From: Cercozoa sp. M6MM
Taxonomy: Eukaryota; Protista; Endomyxa: Ascetosporea
Length of the DNA stretch: 58,364 bases
NCBI GenBank assembly: GCA_040357565.1
Contig: JBDODJ010000070.1
Direction: 5' to 3' (one strand)
The position numbers and the translations under genes are program-made. The notes beneath the pieces were generated by a model. It did no database searches. It was not told the DNA's origin and worked only from the letters and a program-made list of their open reading frames with translations. Of the stretch, positions 47,884-58,364 are shown piece by piece. Numbering within the stretch: position 1 is the first letter of the stretch; each line of letters begins with the position of its first letter.

Positions 47884-50356
47884 TCAAGCATCGATAACGT
47901 AAACGAGCGCGATGTGGTCAGGCTCCTGCGTGACCGGGTGTCGCTCCAGTCGCATCGCGAGGTCCGGCCGCTCTTGCACGAGCTCGCGCACGATCTGCCG
48001 ACGCGAGAGGCGCCACTGACCGGTAGGAGTCCGCACGGCGACACCGTGCCACGGCGTGAGCCAGGCATCCCTAGACGACATCATGTGCATGCCTGCAAGC
48101 ACACAGAAGGTTACACATGCCATGCACCAATACAACAATACAACACACGCACGCAAAGCGAACAAACAAACCCAGTTTGGCAGCAGGGTTGCCAGGACGC
48201 TGCGGGTGGATCGACAGACGCACAGCGTGCGGCAAAGCACGTCGAAGCTGTATCATTGGGCGTATCATAAAACGTAAACGATTGAGATGTGCAAAAATCG
48301 AAAGCACTAAGCGACAGAAGATAGACGCACCAGTTCGCCCCAAGCACGGCTACGACGCAGAATTTGCCAGGCAGCTTTGCTCGTGATTTTCTTGTGCTTA
48401 TTGAGCGAAATAGCCGGTTGGCTCAACACGCCTGCCGCAGCGAAACTTTCACAATGACTAAGTTGAAAATTTAAAAATAAAATACCACTGTTCTGCTCCT
48501 CGTCCGACATCTGCTTGATAGTCGGGTAGGCCTGCACGCACGATACGATAACCAACATTCATAAGATGCCAAGTTAAACTGATTTATGCAGACATGAGGG
48601 TACAGGCACGAGATCGATGCGCATGAAACGGTGCAGGCCATTGAAAAGTGCCTCAACGTCGACATCCTTAGCAGCCAACGCCTTGACATCATCCGGCTGT
48701 CCGCCAAAAACGTGCAGTAGTCTGTGTCGCAGCTTGTCACCTGGTCAACACAATTTGTGAAACTTTCTCGTTGTAAAATACGAAAAAATAAAAACCCTCA
48801 GCGCAAAGAGCGTCGGTCGCTTCATCGTTTGTGTGCTGCACGAGCGCCGTGTGCAGCGGAATACCTTGATCGCACACCACCTTGACTGTCGACACACAGA
48901 ACAAAAAAGTCAAGAAACGCGGAATCAACAGAAAAGCACAAAAAACTGAGAACCTGCGCGCAGACGAGTGAGGTGACCCTCAGGGAACTGATGCAACTCG
49001 GCACGCACGCCGACTTCACTGTTGGGACTCTCGTCCGCCTGAACAAGAAACAAAGTTGTCAAAACGACAGTGTAAAAGCAAATAAAGACACCTCTCGAAC
49101 ACGTAGGCGCTCTGAGTCGGTGAGAAGGCTCGTCCACGGAAAGTCTTCGAGAGAGAACCAGCTCAGCTCTCTCGTGGCATCGATTTCGTGGAGCATTTTT
49201 TGGAGGCCTTTGGAGTAGGCCAGAATGTCCTCATCCACGCAATCGACTGAGCAAAGCACACGACATGATTTACATTGTTAAGAGTTAAATCTCGGGCATA
49301 CTGTTGCCGAAAACGCGACCGTCGGAAGCGATGACGATGTGAGCGCCGGGAGTGTACAGTTCCCTCCTACACAAAGAATGAATTGAATGCACTTCAAGCA
49401 TTCTGATGCAAACAAAGGCACCTGATGAAGCGACAGACATCGCGAAGAAAAGCGAGACAGAGTCGCTCGGCCTGATCCGGTACGACACCTAAGACCTTGT
49501 CGCGCGTATTGACAGATTTGCTTGGAAAAGAAGGCATCGTCATAATCTACATTAGCGTTGATACGTTAGCATAACAGCAGAATAAAAAGTGAAGTACAAT
49601 GGGAGCATTGGCGTCCACGAATTCACAAATTCGCGCGAGTTGAAGCGGCTCGCTGTCGACATCGACTTCAGCCGAAATCCTGCAAAGGTCAGACAAAATG
49701 ACACAAATCAGCTGAAGTAGAACATTGATTTATACAGTTCCAAGTCGTCATCCAGACGAAGTGTCGTGTCTCGTTTACCTTTGCTGTCTGTGGCAATGCA
49801 CTGCGGCGTTCTTCGGAAGTGCAACTGCACACTCAAGGATAATTTTCTTTGATTAAACTTACAAGAAACAAACAAATACCAACAATTCGAGAATGCGTCT
49901 CGAAACGTCAGTTTCCCTACGACCAGAGAGTTAACTACTGAGCCGGTTCTTTGACAGAAACAACGTACTTCAACTTGATCGACGAAAGCAGACTGAGGTT
50001 AACATTCAGCTAAACATACAAAACCACAGACAGGAGAAACGCACCTCAGCGACGAAGGCACATGCAAGTTGTTGACATCGAAGTCGGAGTCAGCGGGTTC
50101 CTGCTCGTCCTCACCGAGCGGCAGCGGAATCTTCAGCGCGTCTTCCATCTGCTCGGTCGACAGAACCATGAAGGGCTTTAAACAGTCGAAACTGAAAACC
50201 AGCGAAAGCAAAAGCCTTTGGCAAAATAAGAAAGAACGAGTCACTGGAACTGCGACTGACGATCAGAAAAAACACCTCATTCGCACATTCGCACGTGAGG
50301 GTTGATTCTCGTAGCCCTCATCCCTTCCCTTAAAAGCCCAAAGATTCTCAGCATGG
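47884..50356 (-). CDS. Hypothetical multi-exon protein
   Basis: Many minus-strand exon-like segments bounded by GT-AG introns (STEQMEDALKIPLPLGEDEQEP, VDEDILAYSKGLQKMLHEID, RQIVRELVQERPDLAMRLE..VYVIDA*). No family recognised; start approximate. Confidence 0.55.
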
Positions 50357-50684
50357 CGGGATCAGTGATCGCTGACAATCTGACCGAGCCCAGCCGAAGA
50401 TTCGCACTATTTGATCATATGCACCTTGGATGAAGCACGTTTCGCACTGCTGTAGTAACACAACGCTGCGCAGCTGCGTGCAAGCCAAGCACCACTTTTT
50501 TTTCGACTGCACATCCGGCTACAGTACAGATTAAAGGTTATGATGAAAGGTGCATTGAAAGTGCGGCCGTGACTGTGTGTGCACGTGCTTCATCTCAGGC
50601 ATGTACTGATTGATCCAAAGTGCGATATCATTCTACTGGTCAATAAAATAAAAAAGAGGCGGTAAAGCCCAATCGCGCCGAACG

Positions 50685-52944
50685 ATGGACAAACTTGAGT
50701 GGACGGTGCTCCTGCTGCTGTCGTTCGTGCCGCTGGCATGGTCGGTGTTTGAGGCGGTGCATCTGCCGTACATGTCGAAGCACCTCACCAGCAATTACGG
50801 AGTCAGTGCGAATGCCGTGGCCTGGCTCTTCGCAATTTAGTATGTTGGTCCTTTCGTTGTGTTACCCTACCCCGCATCTCGCAGCTCATTGATGACGGTG
50901 GTCCTGGGTGCACCAGTGGGCTATCTGCTGGATCACCCGAAGATATCACGCATGCTGCTGCTGTCGGGCGGTACACTGGCTCTGACGCTGTCGACGGTGT
51001 TTTTCGGTCTCAGTGAGCACTCACTGTGGCAACTATTCGTCAGTCGGTCACTGCAAGGTGTGTTTTTTCTGTCACTCCATGTGGTATACACCTTGATTTA
51101 ACTCTGCTCATCCTAGGTGCTGCCTACGCGTTTGCGGGCGGTGCTACCTACGCGTGTGCCGCCGAGTGGTTCCCGCAGGATGCCACGCGCGTGCTAGGCG
51201 TACTCGAGTTGTCCAGCGGCATTGGCTACGTATCTAACCTTCTGTTTACCTTCCGTTGTGCTTCTTTTGTGCTTCTTTTGTGCTGCTCCTTACTTCTATT
51301 CCCTTTTCCGCCGTTGCTGTGCAGATGATCGGTCCGGTGGTGGGTGGCAATGTCTACACACATGCCGGTGACAGGTATGCAGAGTCCTGTCTCTTTCAGT
51401 GTGTTCAAACCTTTGTTTCGCAGTTTCGTGTGGCCGTACATGGCTGTGTCGGCGGCGACTCTGGTCTTGTGAGTTTGTGTGCATGTGCGTTTCCCAATTG
51501 GGATCCTCTGTCTCTTTCGTGTAGGATATTGCCTGTGTTCTTCGCACTGCATGTGCTGAAAAAGCGACTGTTGGAGCGGCGATGCACGGCATCAGAAGAG
51601 ACGCGATCGATCGGCAGCATTGCTAATTCGCATGAAGTCGAAGGTGAACAAGAAGGCGAAGTTGAGGTCGAAGGTCCATCCATCAACAACCACGACGAGG
51701 ATGATCTCACGTCGACACTGCTGCCTTCGCAGGGTAGGCCTCCGCTTGTCTGGCTACAGTTTGCACCTGTACATTTGTGCCGGACATACAGCCGAAGCGG
51801 AGGAGAAACCCGCAGTGTCATTGTGGTCGCCATCGATGCTACTGACGGCAGTGATGGCACTCCTGGCTGCCTTCACGTTGGCCGCCTTCCTGCCTTTCAT
51901 TTCGCATCAGGTTCTTTCACTTCCTTTGCCTATTTTGGCTCTTTTGGCCCTGTCAACTTACCCTCTTCCCTTGGGATAGTTGGAATGGCTTCTGGATGCT
52001 TCCGAAGACACGGTCGGTTGGGCACTCATGGTGCAGGCGCTGTCGTATTCGCTGTTTGCGCCGCTCGTGTCGGATGTCATGCTTGGCCGCCTGGGTCTGT
52101 CGCTGCCGATGTGTTGTACTCTTCCATTTCGCCCCCCCCCCCCCATAAACATTCATTTAATGGCCTGACAGTGAGTGTGGGTGGACTTGTGTTCTCTGCG
52201 GGTACTCTGTGTGCCACGCCGTCGCCTGTCCTGGTGGCTGCCTTGGGTACCAAACATACAAGATCGCCATCTGACATGCTTTAATTGTTGAGAACACAGG
52301 TGGACAAAGCAATCTCAAGCGGGGTTGGACGTGGTTCGTTGTGCTGTTGGGTCATTTGCTGCAAGGCATCGGACAGGCTCGTACTGCTTTTCTTGTCCTG
52401 TGGAAAAGTGTAAAGCCTCAACCATTCCTCTGTAGCTATGATTGTGTGCGTGCTGCCGCTCATGCTGCGACTGATGGCACCGAAAAACACCACCGACGGC
52501 GATGGTGTCGAAGTCTTCACTGAGGATGACCAGGGTACCCACTCTTAAAAGAACCCACTGTTAAAGGAACCCACTTTAAAAGAACCCACTTTTAAAAGAA
52601 AGGATGGAGTAAACTGTACTGGTGCTTTCAGAGTCACAAACTACAGCGAAATCGGAGAAAGAAAGCGACGACAACAGCGGCAAAGTCTCCTCGCTTTTCA
52701 ATGCCGCGTAACTTCTTTCTGTCTCTTTGCCGTTTGTTCTACTCTTGTTTGTAGCTACAATGCCGGCAAGGTGTTCGGACCGATCCTCGGTGCGCTGCTC
52801 GTCGGTGACATTGCCTCTGGCGACGATGCCGTGTTCGAGTCGTCGCCCGGTGACAGGCTAGGCTTTGCATGGACCATGACCCTGCTGGCTGGCATCACAA
52901 TTTTGCTCTCCGTGCTGTTCCCGTTCACGGTGCGCGTGCGATAA
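50685..52944 (+). CDS. MFS transporter, SLC18B1/vesicular amine transporter-like
   Basis: Multiple TM helices; APVGYLLD (MFS motif A-like), FVSRSLQG, VLGVLELSSGIGY|MIGPVVGG, SSLFNA..NAGKVFGPILGALL. Confidence 0.8.
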
Positions 52945-53202
52945 ATCGTGGTTAATACACTGCGAGCGGCCGGGCTTGGGAATCCAGTTATTTATCCCCG
53001 ATCGTATCGCTGCCTAAAACTCTAAAGTTCGTCAAAATTCGCGCCCTGAGTGCTTTCCCTCGAGGCAGACTGATCGATCATGGCCAAAGTCGAGTACGGT
53101 ACCGTAAATTTAGAGATAGCCTCCTGGGTGGGCGATCACATCAACGTAATATGTCCGTCGATCTAATTGCGATCACATTAATGGCTCCCGTACTACGCTG
53201 CG

Positions 53203-54997
53203 CTACTTGGGGGCGATGTCGGTCTCGGCGACAGGTACCTCGGCCTTTGACGTCTTCTTGGTGCTTTCCCTCGAGTCAGACTGCCACGTTCTATCGACGT
53301 CGGCAACGTCTCGGAGGCCATCGTCATCCTTGAAGCTTGAAGAAGCAAGATCAAGGTCATTGAGGTCATCCAGATCGTCAAGATCGTCAAGATCGTCGAG
53401 ATCGTCGAGATCGTCGAAGTCAGCAACGGAAAGCGTATCACCAACGCTCTTTTTTGGAAGTCTTGCTTCTCGCAGCATCTCTTGGTACTTCATTAGGAAC
53501 TCGACTTGCTATACAAACGAAAAGCGTTAAGGCTGTTATTTGTTATAATAACTGGATTTTACATGCTTTGGCTCGAGTTGTTTTGAAGTCAGATTGAGTG
53601 CTTCGAGCGCTTCCTGCGTTAAATTTTGGAAGATTAAAGTCGTTTGAATTCACTTTGAAAGAAGAAGACTACCTCAAGTGCCTTGGCGGCCGTATCGGCC
53701 GTCGGAAACTTGTCCGCTTGTTCTTCCTCCTCTTCGTCTACATCACCGTACAGCTCGAAGAACGAATCCTCCGAATCCTCCGGTAACTCTGCTTCGCCCA
53801 CTGCAAGCGAGACTAAAACCACAAAGAACACTCTGACACCAAGTTCTTGCAGAAATACCACTCGGGTCAAATCGCACGTAAACTTCGGCATCATCCAAAT
53901 TGACTTCAGTGAGCAAATAACCGAGCGACGCGCAGTGATCAATGTAGCTCGCCAAGAACTCCGCTTGGTTCTGTTGCACCTCCGACCAATCCAAAAACGA
54001 CAACTTTGGCACGTTGACAAACGTTTTCTCCTCCTGCGTTCAAAAATCAATCATGCATTTAACGGAAAAATTAGCGGAAGAACTGGCGGGAGGAAGATAT
54101 ACAAGCATCGACTCGATTGCAGCCAACTCCGTGCGCGGCCAAGGACTCCTACGGAGGATAGAATATTTGAAAGCAAAAGACTAATTTGATTGACTCTGCG
54201 GAGCTTATGGTACGGTTTCGCGCCTTTGAGCACGCCCTCGTACCTCTCAGCCAGGATCTCCCAAGCCTGCAAAGCAAAAAGTAAAACAAAAAAAGAACAC
54301 ATGGGAGAATCCAGACCTCTCGATGTCGCTTGACTTGCGGGAAGTTGTCGATGTCCTCACCGGACTTGGCAACCCTAAACGCATTAATTGTTTAAATAAA
54401 AGCACGCAAGAGAGGAAGAATATACTTCATCTGCGCAACCATGGCCGAATGAAGGTTTTTGCTGAGCCGAACTTTGCACGGGACTTTCGCAATAACCTGT
54501 GCAGTTCAAAAAAGCAGAAAATAAAACGAAGAAGAACAAGGTACGGCAAAACTACCTTGCCCTCATCGAGAACAACCTTGAGTTTGTCCGGAATATCCTT
54601 CTCCACGTGAAACTTCTCCAACGAACCCTGCTGACCAATTTCTGTGAGCAAAACAGAAGAAACTAAACAAATTGACGAGAGAACTTACCCTCCAGAACTG
54701 CAGCAGAAGCGATGACAAAGTCGCACGCTGAACTGACACCTTGCCGTGCTTTGACTTGCGCACGTGCAGTGGTGTTTCTGCATACTGTGGAAGCACAACA
54801 CACACACTTACATGTGCACTTCTACTCAAGTAATGCGCATGGCACGGACCCGACTGTTGAAGAAAGGTAGCATGGCACGTGGGTCTATTAAAATCGCAAC
54901 CATTAATCAGAACTGTAAATTCCTTCTTGCGTCGGAAATTACCGGCATATCGGCGGCGATGCGCGGATTTCACCGCTCGCAAAACGGCTGGCCTCAT
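53203..54997 (-). CDS. Hypothetical protein with a putative mitochondrial presequence and an acidic (DDL)n tail
   Basis: MRPAVLRAVKSAHRRRYA start; spliced exons; ends DFDDLDDLDDL...ETDIAPK*. Confidence 0.55.
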
Positions 54998-55189
54998 GTT
55001 TAACGTAGCTCGGACGCCGTTACACAAAATTGCTTGCGCTAAGGTGACAAAGGAATTCTCAGTGTATTTTGTTAAGGCTGCGCTAAGCCTGTTTGTTCTG
55101 TCTCGGGCTGCCAGTTTCTGGTTTAATGAGTGGCACTATGGGCTTTCAATGAGAAGTAGAGTACATTCAAGTTGGTAGAAACTTGAACA

Positions 55190-56539
55190 ATGCGACAGCG
55201 GTTGCACTGTGGTTTCGCGCCACTGGATGCATTTGGTACTTCTTACTGAAGCATCCTATGGCACGAGTTTGTGCAGAATATGGGCTGACCTAGGTGTCGG
55301 ACATGGCGATGTTGTGCTCTTCGAAGGACCTCAGGGTATACGGGTGCTCGGAACATGTTTGTTTTTTTTTTCAGTGTGTTCATTTAGACACATCAAAGAG
55401 CAGGATACTGCAGCAGTTGGCAGTGGTCTGTGCTCTGCCCGAGTCGCTTGGAGGTACTGTAGTTTTGAGGTGTTTGCACCTTGCCTATAGACACGTGTTC
55501 AGGAAGAAACAGACCGGTGGTGGTCGTTGACGTGTTCGCACAGTGGGACACTCACGTCCTCCGGCGTGTTATTGGTGCCATCGTGCGCACGTGTCACGCC
55601 AACAGTCAGACTGGCACAGATGGCACAGACAGCAACAGCGATCATAACATCGATCAGATAATCAATGACATCATGCAACACATCAGCATTCTACAAGTTT
55701 TCGAACTGCAGGATATTCTACAGGTATGTTTAGAGCGGCTTTAGAGTGGCTTTTCTGGCTGGAACAGCTGTTCCCATCATTTTTCTTTCCTCAGGCAGTG
55801 AAGGATGTGAATCTGTCACAGACAGGATTATTCGTCTTTGACGGTACCGTTTCCAGCGGTTCATTGGTCTGCCGGATTATGTCTATAGGTGTGGATGCTC
55901 ATTTTTGGCGCCGTCGTCGCCGGAAAGAGGACAGCATCATCGCACAAGAGTTGCTGAAAGCGCTTGCTTCGCGGTAGGCTGTTTTCTTGTGCCTTTCTGC
56001 TGTATCCTTCTGCTGCTAAGTCACTTCTCTCGATCTTCAGATATGCGAGTAATGGCAACAACTACGAGAACAGTGTTGGCATGGTAACGGCACTGAGCGC
56101 GACGATTCGATTTAAACGCAACTTGAAACTGCTGCAACGCAAGGGTACACAATCATTTGTTTGCTTGTCGTATCGCAGGAAACCCAGGTGTTCTGCAGGT
56201 TACTGTGACTCGACTGTGTTCGAACGAAATGTTCCAATGCAAAGAGCTGTGTCGCTGCGTGTGCTGTTGCGGCGCGTGGATGGTTTTCATCTTTTGTTTC
56301 GCAGAAACGCAGACCTTGAGTTGATGCGATTTGGGCAGATGGTGGTGTTGAGGCTAAAATCGAGGACCTGCGGGCAAGTCATTCGAGGTTTAAGGTACAT
56401 TCAGCATCGCGTTCGAATGCCAGTGTTACTGTCCTGGGTGTCTTCTTCTTAAAGCTGGACGGCAAGCTCCCGCCACCAACAGCGACGGTTTCTGCAATCG
56501 ATTCATTCCTTTTCGATCACGTCTTTTCATGAGATATGA
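55190..56539 (+). CDS. RAD51 paralogue, XRCC2-like
   Basis: GDVVLFEGPQ|DTSKSRILQQLAVVCALPESLGG|RNRPVVVVD..., LFVFD|GVDAHFW (cf. XRCC2 GPEGTGKT..ARCILPKSEGG..VLFID..ILDSLSAFYW). 3' exons uncertain. Confidence 0.7.
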
Positions 56540-56871
56540 GATGACCACGCTAACCGAGGACTTAGAAACTGTATCTATCATAGCAGATACACATACAGTA
56601 CCGTACAGCACAATGCGGACGCAGGAGGAGGTAGATTAAAAACTCCTTTGCTGACTGATACCGCACCCTTAACGACAGGCACCAAAACGAGTTCAACTCT
56701 TGTCGGCTGGCTGTGTCTCTTGTGCACTCCAGTAGCTTAGCATTAAGCTCAGAGCTCAACAGCACTGATTTAAGAGCCGTAGGAATAAGCTTGCACGTGC
56801 AAGTTTCTGAAATATTGATCAGGAAAAGTTTCAAAAACAGCGAAATAACGAGCATTTCGACATAAGCCGCG

Positions 56872-58364
<1,493 letters not shown>

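Noticed and set aside
56426-56611. Minus-strand ORF with VVISYLMK, resembling a dual-specificity phosphatase
   Set aside because: No HCxxGxxR motif, and it overlaps the XRCC2-like last exon in antisense; likely chance.

Overview
Compact, very intron-rich eukaryotic (protist-like) genomic DNA: short GT-AG introns of about 40-100 nt, tiny intergenic spacers, genes mostly alternating in strand, microsatellites and two N gaps. About 20 spliced genes can be reconstructed by hand: a PTEN/TPTE-type phosphatase (3' part), a mucolipin/TRPML channel, a small ER membrane protein, a PHD-like 2OG-Fe(II) oxygenase, a BCAS3/ATG18-like WD40 protein, a tandem-PH protein, S-adenosylmethionine decarboxylase, G-alpha, RAMP4/SERP1, a DOMON-cytochrome b561-cytochrome b5-reductase-like protein, RasGEF, actin, an MFS transporter, an XRCC2-like RAD51 paralogue, a vacuolar sorting receptor (5' part) and three hypothetical genes. 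The standout is an RNA-silencing locus at about 33.5-47.6 kb. There a cellular RNA-dependent RNA polymerase (DLDGD) appears fused to a complete C-terminal DEAH/RHA helicase, and sits head-to-head with a highly divergent Argonaute/Piwi whose slicer residues appear to be lost. Exon boundaries and gene ends are manual inferences and approximate; no database search was run.
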